A stretch of DNA of 59,132 nucleotides from Fibrobacterota bacterium. GTDB lineage: Bacteria > Fibrobacterota > Fibrobacteria > UBA11236. The notes under the pieces were generated by a model. It did no database searches, was not told the origin of the DNA, and was given only the letters and a program-made list of their open reading frames with translations. Positions 28,430 to 38,030 of this stretch are shown here, piece by piece (position 1 is the stretch's first letter; every line of letters begins with the position of its first letter). The DNA lies in assembly GCA_043753995.1 (NCBI GenBank), contig JAYUVP010000234.1, positions 1-59,132 of the forward strand, given 5' to 3'. The translations under genes and the position numbers were made by a program.

Positions 28430-30084
28430 CGCGGGCGTCGGCCAGCCCGTCGCCTGCCTTTTCCGCAATCCTTGACGGCGCCTTGGGGGAAAATCTCTTC
28501 CTCGCCCCTTCTATCGCGAATTGGCAAATACGTCTAGCGGCCCTGGCACGCGACCGGCAACCCCTCCTTTTTTTCTCCGCTCCCGCCGACTTCACGGCCT
28601 GCTTATTGGCCTGTTGGCGTTTGGGCCTGGCTCCGATTCTTCTTCCTGATAAAAGGCCAGCGACCTTGCGGCGCTTTTCCGGTTTCAGCCTTGTCACCGA
28701 GGACGGAATTCAACCCATAAAAGCCGAGGCGGAAATCCAACGCGAGTCTGAGGCTAAGCCCTCGGGTCTTGCCCTGGAGCTTCTCACTTCGGGATCCACG
28801 GGCGCAGCCAAACGCGTCGGAAAAACCTTTGCGCAATTAGAAAAGGAAATTTCCGCGCTTATCCTGGCTTTCGGTCCGGCTCCAACGAGTTCGCTGGCCG
28901 CCACCGTCACCCATCAGCATTTTTATGGCCTGCTTTTCACTGTGCTTTGGCCCTTGCTATCCAATCGCCCAGTCCTGGCCCGGCGCTGTTTTTTCCCCGA
29001 AGAGTTGGCGCTGGAATGGAAGTCCGACCAAGCCTTTACGGTCCTGAGTTCCCCTGCGCATGCTCGCATGCTGGCGGATCTCTTCCGCGAGGAAATTCTC
29101 AAGGGAAGACAAACACCCCTTACGGTTTATTCTTCGGGCGGTCGCCTGGACGCCACAGCCGCGCAATCCTTGGTGGCCGTCGGCGCAAAAGTGGTGGAGA
29201 TTTATGGCTCTACCGAAACCGGTGGCATTGCCTGGCGCGATTCCGCCGGTTCGGCTTGGCGGGCCTTGCCCGGAGTGACTTGGTCCTTACGCGAGCAGGC
29301 TTTGTGGGTAGCCTCTCCCTGGTGCGATGGCCCGGAAAACCAGCCCTATGCCGTGGGCGATAGGGCCGAAGCCGTAGGCGAAGGTTTCGCTTTGCTGGGC
29401 CGCCTCGATCGGATTGTGAAAGTGGCCGAAAAGCGCGTCAGCCTCGATGAAGTCGAAGCCGCCTTGCTGCGCAGCCCCTGGATAAAGCAAGCCCATTGCC
29501 TTTTGCTGCCACGCCTTTCCGGCTGGCGGGAAGAAGTGGGAAGCCTTTGCGAATTGACTGCCTCGGGTGAAGCTCATTTGCAGGCAGTCGGTATCGCGGC
29601 CTTCCATCGCGATTTGCGTCATGGCTTGAGCGATGCTGTCGAGCCCGTGGCCATGCCACGGCATTGGCGCTTCGGGGCTTTGCCCTTCAATACCCAGGGG
29701 AAGTTGCAGCGCCAAGATGTTTTGGCGAAATTGGATTGGCTCCATCTCGACGGGCTGTGGGCGCATTGCACGGAAAAAAGCGACACCCAAATCAGAGCCG
29801 AAATGTGGGTGGATCCGGACTATGCCCGCTTGCAAGGCCATTTCCCCGGCCATCCTTTGGTGCCGGGTGTCTGCCAGGTCTTATGGGCCCAAAAATTAAT
29901 TGGCCAAGCGCATCCCGACTTTGCGGCGATGCAGGGCGAAGCGGTGAAGTTTCATGCCATTTTACGGCCTGGGAATCTGGTGCGCATTACCGTCACGGTT
30001 CTGCCCCGAAACCGCTGGGCCTTTCGAGTAGATGCTGCCGAAGGTGGCGGCAAATTCGCCTCCGGGAAATTGTCCCATGTCTGA
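28426..30084 (+). CDS. AMP-dependent acyl-ACP/CoA ligase fused to a FabZ-like dehydratase (ApeH-ApeI-like fusion)
   Basis: TSGSTGAAK, HQHFYGLLF, YGSTETGG, GRLDRIVK and NTQGKL; C-terminal GHFPGHPLVPGVCQ hotdog motif. Confidence 0.9.
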   Translation: MTRASASPSPAFSAILDGALGENLFLAPSIANWQIRLAALARDRQPLLFFSAPADFTACLLACWRLGLAPILLPDKRPATLRRFSGFSLVTEDGIQPIKAEAEIQRESEAKPSGLALELLTSGSTGAAKRVGKTFAQLEKEISALILAFGPAPTSSLAATVTHQHFYGLLFTVLWPLLSNRPVLARRCFFPEELALEWKSDQAFTVLSSPAHARMLADLFREEILKGRQTPLTVYSSGGRLDATAAQSLVAVGAKVVEIYGSTETGGIAWRDSAGSAWRALPGVTWSLREQALWVASPWCDGPENQPYAVGDRAEAVGEGFALLGRLDRIVKVAEKRVSLDEVEAALLRSPWIKQAHCLLLPRLSGWREEVGSLCELTASGEAHLQAVGIAAFHRDLRHGLSDAVEPVAMPRHWRFGALPFNTQGKLQRQDVLAKLDWLHLDGLWAHCTEKSDTQIRAEMWVDPDYARLQGHFPGHPLVPGVCQVLWAQKLIGQAHPDFAAMQGEAVKFHAILRPGNLVRITVTVLPRNRWAFRVDAAEGGGKFASGKLSHV

Positions 30085-30814
30085 GCGCATCGGCGTTTTA
30101 ATTCCCCATTACAATAATGGGGCGGTGCTTGGCCAAGTGCTCTCCGGCCTATCCTCACTGGGCTTGCCCACCTTGATTGTCGACGATGGTTCGCGTGATC
30201 CCTGGCGTGAGGAAGCGCAATCGCAAGCAGAAAAGTATGGCGCTGAATTTTTGATACGGGAAAAAAATGGCGGTAAGGGCGCGGCCATTCAAACCGGTTT
30301 GGCCGCTGTTCTCGAACGCGGCTGGACCCATGCTCTTTGCCTAGACGCCGACAATCAGCATGAAGGTTCGGATGCGGCGAAATTGATTTCAGCCTGCCGC
30401 GCGCATCCCGAGGCCTTGATTTTAGCGTCACCGATTTTCGGGGTCGACGTCCCGCGCTCCCGCCTCATTGGACGGCAAATATCGCGCTTTTGGGTTTGGG
30501 TGGAAACGCTCAGCTTTGCCATTCAGGATCCGCTTTGCGGCTATCGCCTCTATCCCCTGAAGCCCATGGCGTCTTTAGCTGCCCGTGAGAACTTCGCCGC
30601 GCGCATGGATTTCGATCCGCAAATTGCGGTGCGCTTGGTTTGGGCCGGCATACCTGTGATTAATGTGCCGGCGCACGTGCATTATCCCCTGGGCGGGGTC
30701 TCTCACTTTCGCATGTGGCGCGACAATGTGCGCATTTCGTTCATGCACACTCTTTTATGCCTGGGCATGTTGCGACGCCTGCCGGGCTGGCTGGCCCGAC
30801 GAGGTCGCTGGTGA
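30077..30814 (+). CDS. Glycosyltransferase family 2 (N-terminal half of ApeJ-like)
   Basis: LIPHYN, VDDGS, NGGKGAA, DADNQH, DPLCGYRLYP and GVSHFR; start MSERIG at 30077. Confidence 0.92.
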   Translation: MSERIGVLIPHYNNGAVLGQVLSGLSSLGLPTLIVDDGSRDPWREEAQSQAEKYGAEFLIREKNGGKGAAIQTGLAAVLERGWTHALCLDADNQHEGSDAAKLISACRAHPEALILASPIFGVDVPRSRLIGRQISRFWVWVETLSFAIQDPLCGYRLYPLKPMASLAARENFAARMDFDPQIAVRLVWAGIPVINVPAHVHYPLGGVSHFRMWRDNVRISFMHTLLCLGMLRRLPGWLARRGRW

Positions 30815-31722
30815 CGGCCTGGACGAAAATTCCCGAACGCGGCAGCGTCTTGGGCATGCGTTTTTTTCTGTGGTTGGTGAATGCTTTGGGCTATTGGCCC
30901 GCCATCGCCTGCCTTTATCCCGTGGTCGCCATCGAAACCCTTTTGAATGTGCGAGCGCGCCGGGCCACGCGACAATGGCTGATGCGCGCCGGGGCCTTAT
31001 CTGCCCAATCTTCACGGCTGACAAGGGTCCGGGCCTATTTCCAGCATCAATTCGTCTTCGCCGTGAGCATGATTGACCGTCTTTGGTTTTGGCAGGGCCG
31101 AATGCAAGCCTTTCAGTTTGAATTCGATGGACGTGAAGCGCTGGAGTCCATTCGTCATCGTGGAGCCATGGTGGTGGGCGCGCATTTCGGCTGCTTTGAT
31201 TTGCTTCGCATTTTGGCCGAAGGACAGAAAAAGCAAGTCACCGTGGTCATGTATACCGCGGCGTCGGCCAAATTCACCGACCTTTTGCAAAAAGTGAATC
31301 CTGATTTTTCCCTGCGTGTCTTGCGGGCCGATCAAGGGCTCGAAACCGTTTTCGCCCTGCAAAGCGAGGTGGAAGCCCAAGGGCTGGTGGCGGTTTTGGC
31401 CGATCGCCATCCTCCCGGCAAGGTGAGGCAAGCACCGATTAAACAGGATTTCCTGGGACAAAATGCCGACTTTCCGGGTCAACCGTGGATGCTAGCAGGT
31501 TTATTAGGCTGTCCCGTGGTGGCGGTTTTCGGAATTCGCGTCGGTTGGCGCCGCTATCGCATCGTTTCCCGGCTTATTTTGGAAAAACTCGATTTTCGTC
31601 GCTCGGTCCGAGAGGCGTCGGTTCGGGATGCGGTTCGGCGGTTCGCACAGGAATTGGAAATTCAAGGGCGTGCCCACCCTTATCAGTGGTTCAACTTTTT
31701 CGACTTTTGGCAAACGAGATAA
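30811..31722 (+). CDS. LpxL-type acyltransferase (C-terminal half of ApeJ-like)
   Basis: GTG start overlapping the upstream stop; W...ERGS, AHFGCFD (HX4D), LADR and PYQWFNFFDFW. Confidence 0.88.
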   Translation: MTAWTKIPERGSVLGMRFFLWLVNALGYWPAIACLYPVVAIETLLNVRARRATRQWLMRAGALSAQSSRLTRVRAYFQHQFVFAVSMIDRLWFWQGRMQAFQFEFDGREALESIRHRGAMVVGAHFGCFDLLRILAEGQKKQVTVVMYTAASAKFTDLLQKVNPDFSLRVLRADQGLETVFALQSEVEAQGLVAVLADRHPPGKVRQAPIKQDFLGQNADFPGQPWMLAGLLGCPVVAVFGIRVGWRRYRIVSRLILEKLDFRRSVREASVRDAVRRFAQELEIQGRAHPYQWFNFFDFWQTR

Positions 31723-31751
31723 AGACGAGATGATTAGGAAATGAAGGCGCG

Positions 31752-33293
31752 ATGAAGACGGTGATTTTCGGGTCCCAACCTTTGACCCTCGAAGACGTGC
31801 AAGCTTTGGTGCGGCGCGAAGCCAAGCCGCTCTTATCGCCATTGCCAGAATTCCGCAAGCGCATCGACGCGGGCGCGGCCTGGGTAGAAAATCATTGGCG
31901 CGAGGCCAAAAGCGTTTATGGCGTCACCACCGGCGTGGGTGATTCGGTCGGACGCGCCATCCCCGCTGATTTGGTGCCGGAATTTCCTCGCCACCTTTTC
32001 ACTTTTCATGGTTGCGGCATGGGGCAGTACTTAAGCCCCGAAGAAACGCGCGCCACTTTGGCGGCCCGCTTAGCCTCGCTTTGCCATGGCAGCTCCGGCG
32101 TGCGCTGGGAATTGCTCGAAGCCTTGTGCGCCCTTTTGCGCGAAGACATACTGCCGCGCATTCCCTCCGAAGGATCGGTTGGCGCGAGCGGTGACTTGAC
32201 TCCGCTTTCCTATGTGGCCGCCGTGCTCAGCGGTGAGCGCGAAGTGCTTTGGCGCGAAGCCATTTGCCCTGCCCGCGAAGCATTGCAGCAAAGCGGTCTT
32301 CCTGTCATCACTCTAGGCCCCAAGGAAGCCCTTGCCCTGATGAATGGCACCAGTGTCATGACGGGCTTGGCCTGCCTGGCCCATGAGCGCGCGGGCTATT
32401 TGGCCGCGACGGCTTCGCAGATCACGGCCTTCGCCGTTTTGGCCATGCGCGGCAATAAAGCGCATTTCGCTCCCTATCTATTCGCGCAGAAGCCTTATGT
32501 CGGGCAGAGTAAATCCGCCGCCGCCATTGCCGAAGCCATCGCTTATTCGGCTGACTTCGTCCCTCCTCCGGGTAGCCGATTGCAAGACACCTATGCCCTG
32601 CGCTGCGCCCCGCATATTATCGGTGTGCTCGAAGACGCACTCACCTGGATGCGTCAGTGGATTGAAATCGAGCTCAATAGCGCCAATGACAATCCCCTGA
32701 TCGATCCCGCCGACGGCGAGGTGCATCATGGCGGCAATTTCTATGGAGGCCATATCGCCTTCGCCATGGACGGCTTGAAATTGGCCACGGCCCATATTTC
32801 CGACTTGCTCGATCGCCAAGTGGCCTTGCTGGTGAATGAGCGCAGCAATCGCGGCCTGCCAGCGAATTTGTCGGGTGCAACGGAAGCGCGTTTGCCGGTG
32901 AATCATGGATTCAAGGCCGTGCATATTGCCACCTCGGCTTTTGCCGCCGAAGCGCTGAAGCTCACCATGCCCGCCAGCGCTTTTTCGCGCTCCACCGAAT
33001 CGCATAATCAGGACAAGGTGAGTCTCGGCACTATTGCCGCTCGCGATGCCCTGCGGGTTTTGGAATTGAGCCTGCAAACGGCGGCTTGCGCCTTGCTCGC
33101 CGCGGTGCAAGGCTATGACTTGCGCGCCGAGCGCGAAAGTGTTTCGGCTTCGCCTGCCTTGCTGGCATGGCATCAAGCCGTGCGGCGCCTATCGCCCCGC
33201 ATAGAGGAAGATCGCGCCTTGGAAAGCGAATTGCGCGCGCTCACGAGAATACTTTCCCAAGGTGATTTGCCGAATTTACGGGGTGTCCCATGA
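31752..33293 (+). CDS. Aromatic amino acid ammonia-lyase (HAL/PAL/TAL family)
   Basis: YGVTTG, GSVGASGDL (MIO-forming ASG), LQDTYALRC, NDNP, GGNF and HNQDKVS. Confidence 0.93.
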   Translation: MKTVIFGSQPLTLEDVQALVRREAKPLLSPLPEFRKRIDAGAAWVENHWREAKSVYGVTTGVGDSVGRAIPADLVPEFPRHLFTFHGCGMGQYLSPEETRATLAARLASLCHGSSGVRWELLEALCALLREDILPRIPSEGSVGASGDLTPLSYVAAVLSGEREVLWREAICPAREALQQSGLPVITLGPKEALALMNGTSVMTGLACLAHERAGYLAATASQITAFAVLAMRGNKAHFAPYLFAQKPYVGQSKSAAAIAEAIAYSADFVPPPGSRLQDTYALRCAPHIIGVLEDALTWMRQWIEIELNSANDNPLIDPADGEVHHGGNFYGGHIAFAMDGLKLATAHISDLLDRQVALLVNERSNRGLPANLSGATEARLPVNHGFKAVHIATSAFAAEALKLTMPASAFSRSTESHNQDKVSLGTIAARDALRVLELSLQTAACALLAAVQGYDLRAERESVSASPALLAWHQAVRRLSPRIEEDRALESELRALTRILSQGDLPNLRGVP

Positions 33294-33703
33294 GTGCGAC
33301 TTGCGAAACACGACTGCGCATACCCTTTCACGATGTCGATGCCATGAGCATAGTCTGGCATGGCAATTATTACCGCTATTTCGAAATCGCCCGTTGTGAT
33401 TTGCTGCGCGGCATTGGCCTCGACATAGGCGATCTCGTCCGCCTTGGCTATGCCCTGCCGGTGATTCGCTCGAATTGCCGTCATGTCAAGCCTTTGCGCT
33501 ATGGCCAGGAAATCGAAGTGCACTCCGAACTCACGGAATGCGAAATCAAGCTGGTGGTGAAATACAGTTTGCGCGTGGTGGGCGAAAGCGAATTTTCTGC
33601 CACCGGTTCCACCGAGCATGTGGTTTTGCGATCCTCGGATTTCAGCCTGCTCGTTCCCGTGCCCCAAGATTTGCTGAGCCTTATGCAAAAAGGCCAAGCA
33701 TGA
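33290..33703 (+). CDS. Acyl-CoA thioesterase, 4HBT/YbgC type (ApeK-like)
   Basis: FHDVDAMSIVWHGNYYRYFEIAR motif. Confidence 0.9.
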   Translation: MSATCETRLRIPFHDVDAMSIVWHGNYYRYFEIARCDLLRGIGLDIGDLVRLGYALPVIRSNCRHVKPLRYGQEIEVHSELTECEIKLVVKYSLRVVGESEFSATGSTEHVVLRSSDFSLLVPVPQDLLSLMQKGQA

Positions 33704-34887
33704 GGCCGGTGGGCATAGAGGCCATGGCTGTGACCTGCGCCTTGGGCGACTATCCCGGCCCGCTTTTGTCGGCAGCATTGTCGGTTATTCCGCCTGCGAT
33801 GACCTCGGTGCCTTTGATTGGCCGTGCCGGTGCTTCCTTGCCCTGCGGCGTCGTCACGCAAAAGCTCGACGCCTTGCCCGCCCATTTGTCGGATTTTGAA
33901 TGCCGTAATCATCGCCTGGCCTATCGCGCCTTGCCGTCTCTATTGCCAGCCATTGAAAAATGGAAAAGCAAGGTGGGGCCCAATCGCATCGGCATTGTGG
34001 TAGGTAGCAGCACTTCCGGGGTCGATGCCAGCGAGGCCGCCTTTTTGGAAAGGCATGCAGGCCGCCCCATTCCCGCCAGCTATCGCTACCAAACCCAGCA
34101 TGAAATGGGCAGCTTGGCCCAATTTGTCGCCGCCGTGACCGGTATCACGGGGCCGGCATTTACCGTGAGCACGGCTTGCTCCTCCAGCGCCAAGGCCTTT
34201 ATCACCGCGGCATCCCTGCTCGATATGGGCATTTGCTCCGCCGTGATTGCCGGAGGTTCCGATGCTCTTTGCCAACTCACCCTCAATGGCTTTGATGCCT
34301 TGGCTTCGCTTTCGTCACGGCGATGCAATCCCCTGAGTGCCAATCGCGACGGCCTCAATATCGGCGAAGGCTCCGCTTTTTTCCTGCTCACGCGTGAAGA
34401 AGCTCCGGTTTTGTTTTTAGGCGCGGGGGAAAGCGATGACGCGCATCACATGAATGCCCCGCATCCCGAAGGTGTGGGCGCCGAGGCGGCCATTCGCGCT
34501 GCTTTGCGCGATGCCGGTCTTTCGCCCCATCAAGTGGGCTATGTTAACCTGCATGGTACCTCTACGCCCCTCAATGACGCCATGGAAAGCAAGGCCCTCG
34601 CGCGAGTTTTCGGCGAAAGCATCCTGGTCAGTTCCACCAAACCGCTCACCGGCCATGCCTTGGGAGCGGCAGGCGGCATAGAAGCGGCCTTGGTCGCCTT
34701 GGCCCTGCAAAACCCCGAAGGAGCCATACCCCCTCCCCATCATTGGGATGGCGTCGCCGACGAGGCCTTGCCCCGCTTGCCCTGGGTCGCTCCTGGTTCC
34801 TTGGCGCGCGCCGAGGGCGCTTGGCTCAGCAATAGTTTCGCTTTCGGCGGTAGCAATTGCGTGCTGGCCTTCGGGAGGCCGCGATGA
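33700..34887 (+). CDS. Beta-ketoacyl-ACP synthase (ApeO-like)
   Basis: Start MRPVG at 33700; TACSSS, NLHGT, GHALGAAG and SNSFAFGG (Cys-His-His triad). Confidence 0.92.
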   Translation: MRPVGIEAMAVTCALGDYPGPLLSAALSVIPPAMTSVPLIGRAGASLPCGVVTQKLDALPAHLSDFECRNHRLAYRALPSLLPAIEKWKSKVGPNRIGIVVGSSTSGVDASEAAFLERHAGRPIPASYRYQTQHEMGSLAQFVAAVTGITGPAFTVSTACSSSAKAFITAASLLDMGICSAVIAGGSDALCQLTLNGFDALASLSSRRCNPLSANRDGLNIGEGSAFFLLTREEAPVLFLGAGESDDAHHMNAPHPEGVGAEAAIRAALRDAGLSPHQVGYVNLHGTSTPLNDAMESKALARVFGESILVSSTKPLTGHALGAAGGIEAALVALALQNPEGAIPPPHHWDGVADEALPRLPWVAPGSLARAEGAWLSNSFAFGGSNCVLAFGRPR

Positions 34888-35633
34888 GCGCCTTGCCCAC
34901 GGCCTATGTGCTCGATTGGTCTTTCTGGAATGCCCAATGGCCCGGAGCCAAAGCCGTCGAAGATCATTTTCTCCGCGGCCAAAGCTCCGCACCCATGGAA
35001 CAGCCAGCTTGCCGTCACGTACCTTCCCTGTTACGTCGACGCTTGAGTTTACTCATGCGCATGGTACTTGATTCTGGGCTGGAAGCTTTGCAAAGAGCCG
35101 ATATCGACCCTTCCTTGGCCGCCAAGGTATTGGCCAGTCGTCACGGGGAAATACACACCTTACTTCGGCTTTTCGAAAGCCTCGCCACTCCAGAACCGCT
35201 TTCGCCCACGGCCTTCAGCCATTCGGTGCATCATAGCGCGGTGGGCTATTTCGGCGTCACCCACGCCAATACTCGCCCCTCGCGCGCCGTAAGTGCCGGC
35301 AAGAATGGCTTGGCGGCTGGCTTGCTGGAGGCCATGGGGCTGCTGGTCCGCGACCCAGAAACGCCGGTATTGCTTTGTCTTGCCGACGAAAGCTTTCCTT
35401 CTGGTTTTCCAGGGGACGCTCCTGACTCCCGCGACGATCTTCCCAGGGTATTGTCCTTGGTCTTGGCCTCGCAAGCGCCCCAGGGCAAACCTCGCATCGC
35501 TTATTCTCCCCAATCCTCGCCGTCCACCGCGCCAGAACTTTCCGTGATGGATTTGCTGCCCTGGCTTTGCGGTCTCTCGCAGCAAGGCCTGATTCAAGAT
35601 GCCTGGCAAGGGAGCCTTTCATGGACCCGATAG
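34884..35633 (+). CDS. Ketosynthase chain-length factor (ApeC-like)
   Basis: LRRRLS, ASRHGE and LSPTAFSHSVH motifs; no catalytic triad. Confidence 0.85.
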   Translation: MSALPTAYVLDWSFWNAQWPGAKAVEDHFLRGQSSAPMEQPACRHVPSLLRRRLSLLMRMVLDSGLEALQRADIDPSLAAKVLASRHGEIHTLLRLFESLATPEPLSPTAFSHSVHHSAVGYFGVTHANTRPSRAVSAGKNGLAAGLLEAMGLLVRDPETPVLLCLADESFPSGFPGDAPDSRDDLPRVLSLVLASQAPQGKPRIAYSPQSSPSTAPELSVMDLLPWLCGLSQQGLIQDAWQGSLSWTR

Positions 35634-36079
35634 CCTTTGAGGAGCCAGCGGCATATTTGCCGCATCGCTCTCCCATGGTCTTGCTCGATCGAGTGATCGA
35701 AATAGGCGACCAACATGCTTATTGCGAAGTGCTCATTCATGCGGGTAGCCCTTTCGCGGAAGAACATGGCGTTCCCGCCATAGTCGGGATGGAATATCTG
35801 GCCCAAAGCATAGGCGTGGTGGCGGGCTGGCAGGGAAGGCGTGGCGGCCAAGGGGTGAGCCTGGGCTTTTTGCTTTCGGTACCCAAATACGCTACGACCC
35901 GTCCTTATTTCACCCATGGCGAATTATTGCGCGTCGAAGTGACTCACGTTTGGGGCGATGCTGAATTAATGCAATTCGAAGGGCTGATTCGCGACGCAGG
36001 AGGAAACATTTGCGCTACTGCGGTACTGAATGTGTTTCGGCCCGAAGATTCCGAAAAATATTTAGAGGGAAATGCATGA
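35621..36079 (+). CDS. Hotdog-fold 3-hydroxyacyl-ACP dehydratase (ApeP-like)
   Basis: LPHRSPMVLLD, EYLAQ and GFLL motifs; start MDPIAF at 35621. Confidence 0.88.
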   Translation: MDPIAFEEPAAYLPHRSPMVLLDRVIEIGDQHAYCEVLIHAGSPFAEEHGVPAIVGMEYLAQSIGVVAGWQGRRGGQGVSLGFLLSVPKYATTRPYFTHGELLRVEVTHVWGDAELMQFEGLIRDAGGNICATAVLNVFRPEDSEKYLEGNA

Positions 36080-36801
36080 AACCAAGGGCTTTAGTCACGG
36101 GTGCCAGCCGAGGTATAGGCAAGGCCATCGCTTTGCGTTTAGCGCGCGATGGTTATCACGTGACCTTGAATTATCGCAGCCAACGCGAAGCTGCCGAAAA
36201 AGTATTGGCGGAAATCGAAGCTGCCGGAGGCGAGGGCCACCTCTTGCCCTGCGACATTTCCGATCGCGCTGGCGTCGCGCAAACCTTGACTGCCGACATG
36301 GAAAGCCATGGCGTCTATCGCGCGGTGATTTGCAATGCGGGCATTGCCGCCGACGCTCCTTTTCCCCTTTTAGACGGCGAATCCTGGGACAAGGTTTTGC
36401 GCACTAATCTCGACGGCTTTTACAATGTGCTGCACCCCGTGGTCATGCCCATGGTGCAGGCCAAGCAAGGTGGACGTATCGTGACCCTTTCCTCGATTTC
36501 GGGCCTCGTCGGTAATCGCGGCCAAGTCAATTATTCCGCCGCCAAGGCGGGCATTATCGGCGCGACCAAGGCGCTTTCCAAAGAATTGGCGCGCCGCCGC
36601 ATAACCGTGAATTGCGTGGCGCCAGGTATTATTGAAACCGATATGACCCAGGAATTGCCCATGGAAGAAGTGGTGAAGTGGATACCCATGCGACGCGTGG
36701 GCAAGGCCGAAGAAGTGGCTTCAGCCGTCTCTTGGCTGGCTTCGGACGAAGCGTCCTATGTCACGGGTCAAGTGCTTTCGGTCAATGGAGGCATGGCATG
36801 A
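36076..36801 (+). CDS. fabG: 3-oxoacyl-ACP reductase (ApeQ-like)
   Basis: TGASRGIG, NAG, GNRGQVNYSAAK and VAPGIIETDM. Confidence 0.93.
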   Translation: MKPRALVTGASRGIGKAIALRLARDGYHVTLNYRSQREAAEKVLAEIEAAGGEGHLLPCDISDRAGVAQTLTADMESHGVYRAVICNAGIAADAPFPLLDGESWDKVLRTNLDGFYNVLHPVVMPMVQAKQGGRIVTLSSISGLVGNRGQVNYSAAKAGIIGATKALSKELARRRITVNCVAPGIIETDMTQELPMEEVVKWIPMRRVGKAEEVASAVSWLASDEASYVTGQVLSVNGGMA

Positions 36802-38030
36802 AGCGCCGCGTAGTGGTGACTGGCATGGGCGGCCTTTGCCCCCTCGGCAAGGATTGGGAAACCGTATCTTCCGCGATACGTCAGGGCAAATCCGGCGTGA
36901 CCCGGCAAGAGGCCTGGACCCAAGTGAAGGGAATGAAGACTCATTTGGGGGCGGCCGTTCCCGACTTCGTCGTTCCCGAGTATTACAACCGCAAGAAATT
37001 ACGCACCATGGGCCGCGTTTCCCTGCTGGCTGTGCGCGCCACGGAATTGGCCTTGCAAGACGCCGGCCTCGCCGGCTCGCCTATTATCAAAAGCGGAGCC
37101 ACCGGGGTGGCTTATGGCTCGACCTATGGTTCGCCGCCCGCCTTTGAATCCTTCCTCGCGCAAGCGGGCATTGCCAAAGATCTCGATGGCGTGAATGCCA
37201 GCACCTATATCAAATTCATGAGCCATACCGCCGCGGCGAATGTGGCCCAATTTTTCGAGACCCAGGGTCGCATTATTCCCACTTGCTGCGCCTGCACCGC
37301 GGGTAGCCAGGGCATAGGCTATGCCTACGAGGCCATCACCGACGGAAGACAGGAAATCATGCTCGGCGGCGGCGCCGAGGAATTGCATTATCTCAGTGCT
37401 TCCGTGTTCGACATCATGTTCGCGACCTCCACGGTCAACCATGCGCCTGAGACCGTGCCCCGGCCTTTCGATGTCAGCCGCGACGGCCTGGTCGTTGGCG
37501 AAGGCGCGGCGACTCTGGTGCTGGAATCCCTCGACCATGCTCTTGCCCGTGGCGCCCGCATTCACGCCGAAGTGCTCGGTTATGGTACGAATTGCGATGG
37601 AAATCACATCGTACATCCATCCGTGGAGGGCATGGAAGCGGTCATGGGCTTGGCGCTGCGCGACGCCGGCCTAAAGTCCGAAGACATCGACTACGTGAAT
37701 ATGCATGGCACGGCCACCGAGATCGGCGACATCAATGAAAGCCAGGCCACCTGGCGTAGCTTCGATCGCGCCGTCCCGGCCAGCTCGCTGAAGAGCTATA
37801 TGGGCCACACCCTGGGAGCTTGCGGAAGCATCGAAGCATGGATATGCATACGCGCCATGCAAGAGGGCTGGGTTCCGCCGACCTTGCATTTGAAGGACGT
37901 TGATCCCCGCTGCGCGCCTCTCGACTATGTGCGCGAAATACGGCAAAGCCATCCACGCCTCATCATGAGCAATAACTTCGCCTTCGGCGGCGTCAATACC
38001 TCACTTATCCTGGGACGCTGGGATACTTGA
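36798..38030 (+). CDS. Beta-ketoacyl-ACP synthase (ApeR/FabF-like)
   Basis: RRVVVTG, ACTAGSQ, NMHGTAT, GHTLGACG and SNNFAFGG. Confidence 0.93.
   Translation: MKRRVVVTGMGGLCPLGKDWETVSSAIRQGKSGVTRQEAWTQVKGMKTHLGAAVPDFVVPEYYNRKKLRTMGRVSLLAVRATELALQDAGLAGSPIIKSGATGVAYGSTYGSPPAFESFLAQAGIAKDLDGVNASTYIKFMSHTAAANVAQFFETQGRIIPTCCACTAGSQGIGYAYEAITDGRQEIMLGGGAEELHYLSASVFDIMFATSTVNHAPETVPRPFDVSRDGLVVGEGAATLVLESLDHALARGARIHAEVLGYGTNCDGNHIVHPSVEGMEAVMGLALRDAGLKSEDIDYVNMHGTATEIGDINESQATWRSFDRAVPASSLKSYMGHTLGACGSIEAWICIRAMQEGWVPPTLHLKDVDPRCAPLDYVREIRQSHPRLIMSNNFAFGGVNTSLILGRWDT

Noticed and set aside
31752..33293. Histidine utilisation gene hutH
   Set aside because: Embedded in the PKS operon, lacks the SH specificity pair, and no other hut genes are present.
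33700..38030. Primary fatty acid synthesis operon
   Set aside because: The chain-length factor, ApeP-like dehydratase, ligase and MMPL/LolA genes indicate an APE-type pathway; no fabD, fabH or plsX.
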